This document shows, piece after piece, positions 38,440 through 49,609 of a DNA stretch of 64,000 nt (positions are counted from its first letter, which is position 1; each line of letters opens with the position of its first letter). This stretch comes from a virus. Its lineage: Duplodnaviria > Caudoviricetes. The notes beneath the pieces are model-generated. The model was not told the DNA's origin and did not search any database. It worked only from the letters and a program-made list of their open reading frames with translations. The stretch covers positions 1 to 64,000 of IMG/VR virus record IMGVR_UViG_3300029288_001928; one strand, given 5' to 3'. The position numbers and the translations under genes are program-made.

Positions 38440-39225
38440 ATGTCAAAGTCATTTAAAGATCTTCGTAAGCATATAGCAGTTTCTACTAACGAAGTACCAG
38501 ATTTTTCTACAGAATTGCCTTATTTAAAGAAAAAAGCATCTTATAGAGCAATGAAAAACAAAGAATTAAAGAGTTTTTTAAAGGCAATAGAAAAGAAGGA
38601 TGAATATTTAATAAATGATGCATTAGACAAGATATTAGAATATTGTGTAATATCAATTGATGGTAAACCATTTGATAATAATGAGTTATGTATACAAGAT
38701 AGAACATATCTATTATTAAAAGTTAGACAGGCATCATTAGGTGATATAGCTAAATTTCCTCATATTTATAAAGAAGATGCCCAGCCGGTTGAAGTTACTG
38801 TTGATATTTCTGAGTTTCCGATAGTATATAAAGAGGAATCGGTAGAAGAAATAGTACAATTAAATGATGCAGTAAGAGTTACATTATCTCCAGTTACAAG
38901 AGCAACAGAAAAAGAATTAGAATCATGGATTAAAAAGAATGGTAGTAAAGAGTCTATGATAGATCGTAGATATTGTGCATATGCTGCATTAATTTCAAAT
39001 GTAGAAATGTTATCGGATGATAATAAAGAGTGGGAACATGTTACTTTATCATTTGAAGAAAGGGTAAAGGTTGTTGAAGAGATGTGTGGTCCTACCGATA
39101 TTGAAAATTTTAACAAAATAACAGAAAAACTTGATTTTGGTGTAAAACTTTACTTTAAATTCAAGCATGAAGATTATGAGAATGAAAAGGAGGAAATTAA
39201 TCTTCTAAGTTTTTTTATAGCATAA
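38440..39225 (+). CDS. gp26: Baseplate hub assembly protein (T4 gp26-like)
   Basis: ELP..KKASYRAMKNKELK, DRTYLLLKVRQASLG, C-terminal LLSFF. Confidence 0.75.
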   Translation: MSKSFKDLRKHIAVSTNEVPDFSTELPYLKKKASYRAMKNKELKSFLKAIEKKDEYLINDALDKILEYCVISIDGKPFDNNELCIQDRTYLLLKVRQASLGDIAKFPHIYKEDAQPVEVTVDISEFPIVYKEESVEEIVQLNDAVRVTLSPVTRATEKELESWIKKNGSKESMIDRRYCAYAALISNVEMLSDDNKEWEHVTLSFEERVKVVEEMCGPTDIENFNKITEKLDFGVKLYFKFKHEDYENEKEEINLLSFFIA

Positions 39226-39488
39226 TGGGTGGAATGCACTATACACAAATAATAAATGATTGTATAGAACTTTCTATTTATTCTAGAGGCGCAATTTCGT
39301 ATGAAGAAGCTATAAATATAGGTGCTGATGAAACTCCATATTTGATATATATATTTAAGAAACATTATGAAAATGAAGAGAAAAACCGACAGGAGTTAAT
39401 CAAAGCCGGATTCGATTATGCAACTAAAGCATTTGATCAATTATTTAAACTTCTTGCAGCCCTTGGAAAAAATAGAAGGCAGAATTAA
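39225..39488 (+). CDS. Baseplate hub assembly protein (gp51-like position)
   Basis: Small ORF coupled to gp26; ISYEEAINI..ETPYLI pattern. Confidence 0.5.
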   Translation: MGGMHYTQIINDCIELSIYSRGAISYEEAINIGADETPYLIYIFKKHYENEEKNRQELIKAGFDYATKAFDQLFKLLAALGKNRRQN

Positions 39489-41887
39489 TGGCTGAAATAT
39501 CTCCAAATCAAGAATTTTTTAATAAATTAGTAGGTAAATCAGCAAATGTTGATGAGACATTATTACATAATGTTTCGTTGACCGTAGAAAAAATTAAAAA
39601 TTTTTTAAAATTGTCATCCAAACAGTTATTAGATAAATCAACACAAGATAATTTTACAGATTTGGAAAAAATAATATTAGGAAAACAGAAAAATACTGGA
39701 ATCTCTAAGATTTTAAAGAGTGGTAGAGAAAAATTAAAAGAAATTAAAAACATATTAACAAAGTCTAAATCTGATAAACCAACCGTAGATTCTATATTGT
39801 CTACTTTAGGATTATCTGAATCTTTAATGAATATTTTACACAGAAATATAAAAATAAAATCAGATAAAATTATAATTAAATTAAACAAAGTAATACCATC
39901 AGATCTTGATAAAGTTAAAAAAGAATATGCATTAGCAGAAAAAAAATATGGACCAAATATATTTAAATCAACGTTTGGAAAAATGTCAGATTGGTTTAAA
40001 GATTCTGCTAATGATATTAATCAAATATTAGATTATACGTCTACAAAGGTAATTTCTGTATTTAAATGGATGAAAGATGTCGTGATGAATCCATTAGATG
40101 CATTAGTTGATTTAGTAGGAGTAATGGCAGAAATAGGATTTGAAGCAGTACGAACAGTATTTACTGTACTCGCATGGCCAGTAAATAAGGCTATGAATTT
40201 TTTATGTAAAGCAATAAAGAAATTTTTATTTAATCCTCTAATATTTTTACCACTAACAATTGTATTGGGTATCTTTGGATTTCAAATATTTAAAATAGTA
40301 TCACCATTTATATCAAAATTAATTGATTATGTATGGGATAAAATATCAGGATATGTTTTAAATTTCATTAATACGTTAATGGATTCTTGGTTAGCAAAAT
40401 GGCTAGCAGAAAACACACAACCAGTATTAGATTTTGTAAAAAGTATATTTTCAAAAGAGACAGCAGAAAATATAAAAGAAATATTAAAAGAATGGTTTGG
40501 TATGGATATAGATGCATTTAATACAAAAGTTAGAAATGTTATAGATATTATAAAGAAAATAGATTTTAAAAATAATACATTATGGGATTTAACGTGGACA
40601 GCAATTGTAAAAGTAGCATATTCTGCACAACAAGGAATATGGTCATGGATAGTAGATAATGCTAAAAAAATGATGGAAAATATAGGAATAAATAAACTTA
40701 TTCAAGATTTTACAAATCAAATTTATTCTTTAATATCTATATTTAAGTTGAGTTTAGAAACATTCATTGGTGAAACAGAAGATGTATTTTTACAATTAGA
40801 AAATGTTCCTTCTGAACTAATGGAATCATTTTTTGATGAAAAGTTTAATGAAACAGATGAAAAGCTTAAAGAAGAATTATCTTTAATGACACAAGATATG
40901 GAAAATTCCGCAAATGCAAGTATACGTTCAGCGGAAACACTGATAGAACAACAGGTAGAAGATAATGTATCTCCAGAAAGAAGAAATTTAGAAAAACGTA
41001 TAAAAGGAAATGAAGCGTATTTAGAAATGAGTAGAAAACTTAAAGAAGAAAAAGGTACACCAACTGTAGAAACATTAGAGAGAATAGAATTAGAAAGTAA
41101 AAGTGCTGTTAGTATTCCTGGAATGTCTGTTGATATACCAGAAAATACAAAAACCAATATATTATTATCAGATAATACTCCAATGTCTATAGATTATGGA
41201 AAATTACCAGATATACCAGAATTACCAAAAACCGTTTTGGAATTGCAAGTCGTTGGGGCAGGAACAGAAGATATTGTAAAACATATCTATAGTACTGCAC
41301 CACAATATAAAACGATGTTTGAATTAATAGAATATGGAGATACTTTATCAAAATTAGAAGCAGTTCCAGAAAGTCAAAGATCTCAAACCGCTATCGAAGA
41401 TTATAAGAGAAGAATTGAACAATCTAATAGTTATTTAATATCATTAAATATTCCTGGAATAGAAGGTGTTAAATATGATGTATTTGATCCATCAATGATT
41501 TCGAAAACAAATGAAGGGTTTGTAGTAAATAATAATTGGTCAAAAGATAGAATATTTATGAGTTTGTTACAACATGAACTACGAAGTAAATCATCTCCTT
41601 CGCCCGATATTCCACAAGCAGAATGGGGCGGAATTATAACGTCACCATCGTTAGCAATAATTGGTGAAGGAATGGTATCAGAAGTAATAATACCATTAAA
41701 TTCATTCGGAATTAATTTTATAACAGAGTCAATAAATGAAGTCATTAAACGAAATGAAATATCAAAACCATCACAAACAAAAGAAAAAAATGATCCTATA
41801 GTAAGAAGATATAAATCTTCTAAGGGGGGAATTGATAAAACCTTATATGATATGAAATTATTTTCAACATCGGTTATAGGAAATTAA
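39488..41887 (+). CDS. Tape-measure-like protein 1
   Basis: Amphipathic W/F-periodic helices and hydrophobic segment; C-terminal AEWGGIITSPSLAIIGEG..EVIIPL. Confidence 0.65.
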   Translation: MAEISPNQEFFNKLVGKSANVDETLLHNVSLTVEKIKNFLKLSSKQLLDKSTQDNFTDLEKIILGKQKNTGISKILKSGREKLKEIKNILTKSKSDKPTVDSILSTLGLSESLMNILHRNIKIKSDKIIIKLNKVIPSDLDKVKKEYALAEKKYGPNIFKSTFGKMSDWFKDSANDINQILDYTSTKVISVFKWMKDVVMNPLDALVDLVGVMAEIGFEAVRTVFTVLAWPVNKAMNFLCKAIKKFLFNPLIFLPLTIVLGIFGFQIFKIVSPFISKLIDYVWDKISGYVLNFINTLMDSWLAKWLAENTQPVLDFVKSIFSKETAENIKEILKEWFGMDIDAFNTKVRNVIDIIKKIDFKNNTLWDLTWTAIVKVAYSAQQGIWSWIVDNAKKMMENIGINKLIQDFTNQIYSLISIFKLSLETFIGETEDVFLQLENVPSELMESFFDEKFNETDEKLKEELSLMTQDMENSANASIRSAETLIEQQVEDNVSPERRNLEKRIKGNEAYLEMSRKLKEEKGTPTVETLERIELESKSAVSIPGMSVDIPENTKTNILLSDNTPMSIDYGKLPDIPELPKTVLELQVVGAGTEDIVKHIYSTAPQYKTMFELIEYGDTLSKLEAVPESQRSQTAIEDYKRRIEQSNSYLISLNIPGIEGVKYDVFDPSMISKTNEGFVVNNNWSKDRIFMSLLQHELRSKSSPSPDIPQAEWGGIITSPSLAIIGEGMVSEVIIPLNSFGINFITESINEVIKRNEISKPSQTKEKNDPIVRRYKSSKGGIDKTLYDMKLFSTSVIGN

Positions 41888-41890
41888 TAA

Positions 41891-44635
41891 ATGGCTAATA
41901 TAGGATCATTGTTTGATAAACTGATGTCTAAAAAACCAGATATGCCTATATCTGATCAAATAACTTCTCAAGTAGAGAATACATATAAATCTGTACAAGA
42001 ATTTACAGAATTAGCATCTAAAGAAATAAATGAAAGATTATTAAAACTAATAAAGACATTTAATACTAAAAAAGAAGATACTAATATAGATTCAACAATA
42101 ATAGGAACAAGTATTAGTGATATTCAAAAGATTTTAAACTCAAAAAATCTTGATGCTATTACTACTATTCTTAATAAAAAAGAAAAAGATAAACAAGATA
42201 CATTAAAAATATTACAAGAAAAAACAAAAAATATACATAAAGTTATGATAACAGGAATAAAATCTATTGATAATAAATTAAATGATACATACTTTGTTGC
42301 AGAAAAGATTTCAAATAATGTTCAATGGGCATTTTCAAAAACTTTTAAATTTGTTAAGTCTTGTTTACCGTATATCACATCAAAAGACATATTTTCGTTG
42401 AAGCCAATTACTTCATTATTAATGAAACCAGCTACGTTTATAAAAAATATGTCAAAAACTTTAATAAAGACAATAGCATGGCCAATATATGCAATGGGAA
42501 AATATACTAAAAAACTTTTAATGTTAGGATGGAAAGCCATAAAAACTATATTTTTGACATTACCATACGGGGTATTAAAAACAGCAGTTAGTATTGCGGG
42601 TAAAGGTATAGATAAATTTATGGAATGGACTGGTGGTTTGTTTTTAAAGATATTTGATTTTCCATGGATATTTGTATTGGGAATACCATTTATTTTATTT
42701 GTTGTGCCTAAAGTTTTTGATGCAGTATGGGGATTTGTTAGTAAAAATGTAAAATATTTATGGAAATTTCTTGATAAGCATCTTCAAGTATCTAAAATAT
42801 GGAATGAATGGATAATGCCAGGAATTGATAAATTTTGGACTTGGTTAACTGGAAAACCTTTTAATGCATGGTGGAAAGCACAATGGCCTACTATAAAAGG
42901 TTATATTAGAACATTTTTTGAATTTATTTTTGGAAAAGAATTGGTTTCTGATTTTATACAAACATCTTTTGAATTATGGGATTGGTTAAAACAAACATGG
43001 GAAGATATTAAATGGGTTTGGAATGCATCAAAAATAGTATTTGGATTTTTGTTTATTAGAAATGGACTACGTATAATACAATCAATAATTGTAAACGCAT
43101 TTAGACTGGTAAAATTTGTAGTAAATATAGGGGTATTCATTGCAAAGCAAGTTGGAAAAATTATTTCTTTTGTTGCGAAAAAGACTGCAACATTTGGAAG
43201 ATTTATTGCAAAACGTATTGCGGGGTTAATCGGTGTAATAAAAAGTACTATTTCAAAATTTATACCAAATTTTATAAAACGTGCAGTTGGATTCATGGGA
43301 AAATTATCAGGGTTTATATTTAAGAAATTATTTGGTAGTATTTTTGGAAAAATTGGAATGTTTTCAATTGCCAAAATTATTGGAAGAGGATTGTTAAAGT
43401 TTATACCATTTATTGGATTAGCATTAGATTTGTATGAAATCGGTAAAGCAATGTGGTATGCAGCAAAAGTAATAATTGCAAGAGCAGACGCAAGAGAAAC
43501 AGCAGAAAAATGGGTTGACATGAATCAAAAATTTTTAGCATCAATGGAGACAGATGCAGAAATAAGTAGTCAACAGATGACCGAATATACTTCAATGGGT
43601 ATGACTCCATTACAAGCAAAAAGTTTTGCAAAACGAAAGAATTTTTTGGATACATTAGCAAGAGCATCCGTATATTTAGGTAGTCAGTTTAATTCTATTG
43701 CCACATCTGCATTAAATGATCCACATGCAGAACAAACAGAAGTCGATTTAGGATTTTGGATAGAAAAACAAATGGCAAATTTATATAATCTTATATCTAA
43801 TACAATGAAAACCGGATTTTCTACTTCACTTCCTAGTTTAAAAAATATATTATCATATGCAGAAAATATTATAAATCAAGTTAAATTGGATTGGGCATCA
43901 ATGAAACAAAGTGCTGGCCAAAGAATAGATTCTGGCTGGTTTAGTAATAAAGATCTTGTTATAGGAGTAGATAGTAGTATACAAATGTTTAGTGAATTTA
44001 TAAAGAGATATTCACAATATGTAAAAGAATTAGAAATTGAACGAAATGAAAAGGCGTTTTCTAAATTTATTCCTGGAATGCAAGTTGATGACCTTAAAGA
44101 CATTGAAATATCGGGTAGAGCAGCAGATTTATATAAAGATTATCAATATGATGCATTAAGAGATCTTGACGATGTTTTAAAGCCAGAAGCAAAACAAAAA
44201 TTATTAAAGGCTATACAATTATCTATACAAAATGGTCCTAGTGCAGAAAAATATATTATGGCCGCTATACAAAAATTTACATCAAATCGTACATACATAA
44301 ATACAGTGTTTTCGGCAATACAAAGTGCAAGTAAATATTATATTGAAGCAAGTAGAAATTCTATATCAATTCCATCTAATTTTACAGATGAAGATCTACA
44401 AAGATTTGAGTTTGGTGGGGTTTTGGCAGCAACACCAAACAAGACTAAAGTAATAAAATTAAATACAGAAGGGAAAGAATATATAATTAAACAATTAGAT
44501 GATATTAAGATCCCAGAAATAGAGGGAAAAGATCAAAAACAAAATATAACTATAATAGAGGAAGAAAATATTATGGTTGAATCATATGAATTATACGCAA
44601 TGGATAAAATGAGCAAAGGAATTTTAGGAGTTTAA
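41891..44635 (+). CDS. Tape-measure-like protein 2 (paralog of the upstream gene)
   Basis: 11-residue W/F periodicity; GRGLLKFIPFIGLAL; C-terminal FEFGGVL. Confidence 0.65.
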   Translation: MANIGSLFDKLMSKKPDMPISDQITSQVENTYKSVQEFTELASKEINERLLKLIKTFNTKKEDTNIDSTIIGTSISDIQKILNSKNLDAITTILNKKEKDKQDTLKILQEKTKNIHKVMITGIKSIDNKLNDTYFVAEKISNNVQWAFSKTFKFVKSCLPYITSKDIFSLKPITSLLMKPATFIKNMSKTLIKTIAWPIYAMGKYTKKLLMLGWKAIKTIFLTLPYGVLKTAVSIAGKGIDKFMEWTGGLFLKIFDFPWIFVLGIPFILFVVPKVFDAVWGFVSKNVKYLWKFLDKHLQVSKIWNEWIMPGIDKFWTWLTGKPFNAWWKAQWPTIKGYIRTFFEFIFGKELVSDFIQTSFELWDWLKQTWEDIKWVWNASKIVFGFLFIRNGLRIIQSIIVNAFRLVKFVVNIGVFIAKQVGKIISFVAKKTATFGRFIAKRIAGLIGVIKSTISKFIPNFIKRAVGFMGKLSGFIFKKLFGSIFGKIGMFSIAKIIGRGLLKFIPFIGLALDLYEIGKAMWYAAKVIIARADARETAEKWVDMNQKFLASMETDAEISSQQMTEYTSMGMTPLQAKSFAKRKNFLDTLARASVYLGSQFNSIATSALNDPHAEQTEVDLGFWIEKQMANLYNLISNTMKTGFSTSLPSLKNILSYAENIINQVKLDWASMKQSAGQRIDSGWFSNKDLVIGVDSSIQMFSEFIKRYSQYVKELEIERNEKAFSKFIPGMQVDDLKDIEISGRAADLYKDYQYDALRDLDDVLKPEAKQKLLKAIQLSIQNGPSAEKYIMAAIQKFTSNRTYINTVFSAIQSASKYYIEASRNSISIPSNFTDEDLQRFEFGGVLAATPNKTKVIKLNTEGKEYIIKQLDDIKIPEIEGKDQKQNITIIEEENIMVESYELYAMDKMSKGILGV

Positions 44636-44636
44636 A

Positions 44637-46535
44637 ATGCCAGATCAAAATATTGTTCAGGAAATGATGAATACTGCAAATGATATAACTATTGCAACAA
44701 ATAATGAAGAAAGAGCAAAAGAGGAATTTGATCGTAGAAATGCGCAAATAACTACGACGCTCAACAATCATACAGAAAATAATGAAGATTTGGATGAAAA
44801 TTTAACTGGAATTAATAATACAGCAGATATAGTTTCTGATATAGATCCTGCCGTAAGCGAATATGCATTAAAATATTCGGAACTTGTTGCATCCGGAAAT
44901 CCTGCATCGTTTGCATTATCACAGACATTATTAGCAGATTTAAATGATAAGATTACTTCAGATGATTATACAGAATATGAAAAAGAATATTTACAGGAAC
45001 TATCTACATATGTAGAAAATACTAGTATTAATCTTTCAAACAATCCAGATATAAACGAACAATATTCTTCATGGAACTCTGCTAAAATAACATATAGTAC
45101 TGCGCAAACCGAAAAGGATTCTGAAATTTCTGCATTATTAGTATTAAGAGATCAAGATCCAGAAGCATTTGAAATTGCAAAAACAAAATTAGATACTGCA
45201 TCAAGACAAGCATTAGATTCAGCATTAGATCGTAGAGATCCATTAAATGAAAGATCTACTGGAAATTTGGATGCAGATTCAATTGCATCTCAAAATAAAT
45301 TTTTAGTATCTTCTTTGTCAGATCCATCTCAATCTCTTCCACCATTTTATTTACAATTTCCAACTATAAAAACTATAACAGATTTTCACTTACGAAATGG
45401 ATTTTCCCCATATGGTCAGCAAAGTCCGTCTGATGTTGCAAGAGATGCTATACATGTAAATATATTTAAAGGCGAATTAGGAAATATGACAGAACAGATT
45501 ATTCCAGGAACAACAATGAAAACCATGTCATTACAAAATGCATCCGAATCTGTCATGGGGTCATTTACAATATATCCAAATAATCCAGATTGGTTACAAA
45601 TGTCACACAATCATACTTATTCGGATGAAAATCCTCTAGCATTTATAGCTAATCCAATGCTTCAATTTGTTAATACTACATCAAATTTATTGGGTGCTGT
45701 TAATAATCTTGCTGGCGGAAAAGATTATACTAAAGTAACTAGAAGATTTGATTTTATAGATCAATATCAAACCACAGAAAAAATACAATTAAATATACCA
45801 TTTATTTTGTTTACAAAGGGTGATTTTATTAATGATATTTTTAATCCTATAATGTTTTTGACTGCATTATCATATCCACAAAGATTATCAGAAGATCCGT
45901 TGGCAGGACAAATAACAGATTCGACCAATTTAATATTGAATTCTTTAGGGGGAGAAGGTACATCAACAAGAAATGAAGATGAATTAACAACAACACAAAA
46001 AACAATTAAATCTGTTGGACAATTTGGAAGCGAAGGCGCAGATAAAGTTAATGATATAGTACAAAAATATGGAAATATGGGGGCATTTAGATATATTATT
46101 ACACAAAGACCAGAATATTTGAGTATAAGACATGCATCTGGGTTATTTTTCTTTAAACTAGCAGTTATTACAAACTTTTCATATGCGTTTAAAGGTCCAT
46201 GGATAAATTCTACAGGAGATATTCTGTCAGAACAAGGCGCATTTAATCCTAATACAGCATCAAAGGTTTTTAATTCATTTTTGTCTAATAGAAGAAGAGG
46301 AAAGATGCCTTATGCATTTCCGTCAATAGCAGAATGTACAATAGGTATAAAAGCAGTAGAACCTATGTTTAGAAATGACTGGTTAGAATTATTAAATGCG
46401 GGGGATGATTCGTCAGGAAAGGGTATTGTTCGGGTAAGTGAAACAAGAACAGGTACAGTAAATTCCGAAGGTAAAAAAATAACACCAATTAATTTAGAAC
46501 AATCAATAGGATCTAGAAATACTAGAAGAGGATAA
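44637..46535 (+). CDS. Baseplate/tail-tube initiator-like protein (gp48-like position)
   Basis: C-terminal tube-fold-like pattern (FLTALSYP..PEYLSI..AVITNFSY..P..AECTI); synteny. Confidence 0.5.
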   Translation: MPDQNIVQEMMNTANDITIATNNEERAKEEFDRRNAQITTTLNNHTENNEDLDENLTGINNTADIVSDIDPAVSEYALKYSELVASGNPASFALSQTLLADLNDKITSDDYTEYEKEYLQELSTYVENTSINLSNNPDINEQYSSWNSAKITYSTAQTEKDSEISALLVLRDQDPEAFEIAKTKLDTASRQALDSALDRRDPLNERSTGNLDADSIASQNKFLVSSLSDPSQSLPPFYLQFPTIKTITDFHLRNGFSPYGQQSPSDVARDAIHVNIFKGELGNMTEQIIPGTTMKTMSLQNASESVMGSFTIYPNNPDWLQMSHNHTYSDENPLAFIANPMLQFVNTTSNLLGAVNNLAGGKDYTKVTRRFDFIDQYQTTEKIQLNIPFILFTKGDFINDIFNPIMFLTALSYPQRLSEDPLAGQITDSTNLILNSLGGEGTSTRNEDELTTTQKTIKSVGQFGSEGADKVNDIVQKYGNMGAFRYIITQRPEYLSIRHASGLFFFKLAVITNFSYAFKGPWINSTGDILSEQGAFNPNTASKVFNSFLSNRRRGKMPYAFPSIAECTIGIKAVEPMFRNDWLELLNAGDDSSGKGIVRVSETRTGTVNSEGKKITPINLEQSIGSRNTRRG

Positions 46536-46537
46536 TT

Positions 46538-46945
46538 ATGGCTAAAATAAATAATACACCAATTACAAGTTTTATAAACTTTTTTAAAAACATAATATAT
46601 GATGATTCTATAGAATCCAATTATTCGTTAGATATTTGGGACGCATATGTTATTTCTCCATTTTTTAAAAATGAAATATCATATTTTTTAACTCATATTG
46701 TTAAAACTGGAGATAATTGGGTTGCATTAGCAAATAAATATTATAAAAATGATAGATTGTGGTGGGTAATACCATTATTTAATGATACAGAAAATCCATT
46801 TTTAATTTTCGACAAAGACTTATATAATAATGAGACAAAAGAAATAAAAATATTAAAACCACAATATATAGAACAATTAATTATGATTGCTAGACAAGAA
46901 AAAATATTAAACGATAGATTATTAAAAGAAGGAAAAATTAATTAA
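46538..46945 (+). CDS. gp53: Baseplate wedge protein (T4 gp53-like, LysM-like)
   Basis: HIVKTGDNWVALANKYYKNDRLWWVIPLFND..NPF. Confidence 0.8.
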   Translation: MAKINNTPITSFINFFKNIIYDDSIESNYSLDIWDAYVISPFFKNEISYFLTHIVKTGDNWVALANKYYKNDRLWWVIPLFNDTENPFLIFDKDLYNNETKEIKILKPQYIEQLIMIARQEKILNDRLLKEGKIN

Positions 46946-48315
46946 TGGATAATAATCAGCCAATAGGTTCAGTTGATATATCAGAATCATCAGTAATGAT
47001 ATACATTACTCCTGGACCATTGTTTGATAATTTTGATCCTAAAAAGAAATATGATAATGTAATATCAGAAGTCATTGCAATGGAAATACATTCATCTATA
47101 GAAAGTTTTTATAGATATGGATTTGTCGTTATTCCAGATAGAATTGGTATGAGAGAATCTTTATCATTAACAGGAAATGAAATAATAACAGTAAGATATT
47201 CTAATTCGGTCGCAACATCTTTAGTTCCTCCAAAATCTATTCATTTTAATATTTATGATATGGAAGAAGTTGCATTAAATAATGAGTATAAAGATAGATA
47301 TACAAATAAAGCTATTAAATTACATCTTATAGAAGCACCATTCTTTTTAACATATAATATGAAAGTTTGGTCTAAAGTGTATGGAAAAGATTATGGAACA
47401 GCACAAGAAACACTTAAATTAAACAAAATATTTGAAAATCATTTAATAAATGATCTAAAAATAACAAATACAAACATAGTTAGCTTAGATTTAAATGATA
47501 TGTCAACTGATATGTATTGGATAAATCCATCATGGAAATCACAAAAAATGTTTAGTTATTTATTGCAATTTGCAAGAGATACAAATAATAATGGTAATGT
47601 AAAGTTTTTTACAACATCTGATGTGTTTGAAGATAAAATTATTTTAAACCTTAAAAGTGTAAATCAAATGTTCGATGTTAAAAATTTATATCAATATACT
47701 ATTGTAAACGTCGGACCTTTAGAACAATCTGGACTTGATGTAGGACAACGTGCTCCAAAATCATTAAACCATATTATTGATTTTAAGTTGAAATCTTATG
47801 ATTTATTAAGTTTAACATCTGGATTACCAGGAGGATATATTTACAACAGAGATTATTTAAGTAATAAGAGATTTATTCAGTTGGATAATTATGCATCAAC
47901 AAATAGAACAGAAAAGTATTTTTCAAATAATGCATTATGGCTGGAAGATATATCTGCATGGGATAATGCAGCATACACTATAGGAAGTATGCCTATTAAT
48001 CTTGCTAAAGCATATTTAAATAATAAAATTATAGACCAAAAATATCAATTAAAATGTTTGGCAGATTGTTATTTAAATCATGAAAGAAACTGTGGAGATA
48101 AAGTAAATATAATATTCCCGCCAGCAGGAGGCGCAATAGATAATGCAAAATATATAGATGAACATATGTCAGGAGATTGGATAATCCAAGAGATGATAGA
48201 CGTTATTACAAATAATAGAGGATATACTAATATAACATTTATTAAAGATTCATTTTATTATGATCATAGAATGCCAGGAGTAGAACCTATACAAAAGATA
48301 ACTTTCAAGGAATAA
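46945..48315 (+). CDS. Baseplate hub protein (gp27-like)
   Basis: IHSSIES..G..IPD..L.LTGNE; CGDKVNI..SGDWII..ITFIKDSF; synteny. Confidence 0.6.
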   Translation: MDNNQPIGSVDISESSVMIYITPGPLFDNFDPKKKYDNVISEVIAMEIHSSIESFYRYGFVVIPDRIGMRESLSLTGNEIITVRYSNSVATSLVPPKSIHFNIYDMEEVALNNEYKDRYTNKAIKLHLIEAPFFLTYNMKVWSKVYGKDYGTAQETLKLNKIFENHLINDLKITNTNIVSLDLNDMSTDMYWINPSWKSQKMFSYLLQFARDTNNNGNVKFFTTSDVFEDKIILNLKSVNQMFDVKNLYQYTIVNVGPLEQSGLDVGQRAPKSLNHIIDFKLKSYDLLSLTSGLPGGYIYNRDYLSNKRFIQLDNYASTNRTEKYFSNNALWLEDISAWDNAAYTIGSMPINLAKAYLNNKIIDQKYQLKCLADCYLNHERNCGDKVNIIFPPAGGAIDNAKYIDEHMSGDWIIQEMIDVITNNRGYTNITFIKDSFYYDHRMPGVEPIQKITFKE

Positions 48316-48440
48316 AATATGGAAATGGAAATGTTTATTTTTAAAACAATGGAAATCGAAACAACTATATATTTTGTTTTAGATCTTGAATCATTTTTAT
48401 TCCAAGATGATATAGAATCTGCAATATATAAATAATTATA

Positions 48441-49097
48441 ATGATTAATAAAGTAATCAAAACTATTTTAAATGAAGGACTTATAACAATTCCAGAAGAA
48501 ATATATTCCTGGATTAATAATAATATTGAAAAATTATACAAATTATTGAAAACTAAACCACTATCAGAAAAATTATTGTTTGATTCATTTAGTTTTATTA
48601 ATCCATATTTTAAAAACCAAGATCCACAACCTATTGATATATGGATAATTAGAGATACAAAAAATGTAAAAGATGGTGAGGCATCTTTCTATGTTTCTAC
48701 AGAAAAAGGAATGTTTATAAATTCCGAATATAATTTTGTTAATATTGATCAATTATACGATATATTGGTTCATGAATTTGTTCATGCAGTAGATCCAAAA
48801 AATAATAAAGATCAAGAATTAAGATTAAAATCTAATGATTATAAAGATATAATCAATGATAAACATAGATCCGCCATAGAAATAGATGCATATACAAAAT
48901 CAATAATAACTACATTAAAACGGTTGCTTCCAAATAAAGAATTAGAAGAAAAATTAAAAGATTTTATTAAAAACGATCAAGAATTTCCTCTTTTACCCCA
49001 AGGATATCATGCCTACCAAAAATTTGTTGATAAAATCTCTATTGATAAAAAAATATTAACAAGATTTAAAGAGAAATTGGCTAAATTTCTATTTTAA
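48441..49097 (+). CDS. HExxH zinc-metallopeptidase-like protein, possibly an internal head protein
   Basis: LVHEFVHAVD...IEIDAY; late promoter at 48427; N-terminal ILNEG. Confidence 0.62.
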   Translation: MINKVIKTILNEGLITIPEEIYSWINNNIEKLYKLLKTKPLSEKLLFDSFSFINPYFKNQDPQPIDIWIIRDTKNVKDGEASFYVSTEKGMFINSEYNFVNIDQLYDILVHEFVHAVDPKNNKDQELRLKSNDYKDIINDKHRSAIEIDAYTKSIITTLKRLLPNKELEEKLKDFIKNDQEFPLLPQGYHAYQKFVDKISIDKKILTRFKEKLAKFLF

Positions 49098-49411
49098 GCT
49101 ATTTGAAAGCTAAATAAATTCCATTTATGTTGTATATTCATAATACAATAATCTGTTGAATATATTTTAGACTCATTAAATTCTTTATTTGATCTATACT
49201 TATAAAGATCATCTACTATTTCTAATAAATTTTCATTTTCTAATGTTTTAACACATTCTTTTAATTGTTTCATATTTGTTTTATAATTTGCGTTAATTAT
49301 TGAATAAAGAGAATTGAATGTTAATGGGCTGTTAAAATTTGATACAATTTCCAGCACAATACGTTTTAGGTTTGTGTCCATTTTAGTATTCCTCAGTTTT
49401 AATATTTTCAT
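49094..49411 (-). CDS. Hypothetical winged-helix-like protein
   Basis: PLTFNSLY..LKECVKTLENENLLEIVDDLYKY. Confidence 0.5.
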   Translation of the reverse strand: MKILKLRNTKMDTNLKRIVLEIVSNFNSPLTFNSLYSIINANYKTNMKQLKECVKTLENENLLEIVDDLYKYRSNKEFNESKIYSTDYCIMNIQHKWNLFSFQIA

Positions 49412-49609
49412 TTTTAATTAGTTAATCGGATAAAATCTTATATAACTTGTAGGGCATATAATCAATATGTTTCCCTCCTTTTGAGTGTAAATTATTTTAA
49501 ATAACACTCTATAAACCATTTACATCAGTATTTAGAACGACATTTTATAATTTTTTGATAAAATATTTAATGGTATTTTTGGTATAAATATATCAATAGA
49601 GGACAATTA

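Noticed and set aside
48319-48435. 38-codon ORF MEMEMFIFK.. after the hub gene
   Set aside because: It has a plausible RBS but is too short and featureless to support; it overlaps the late promoter of the next gene.
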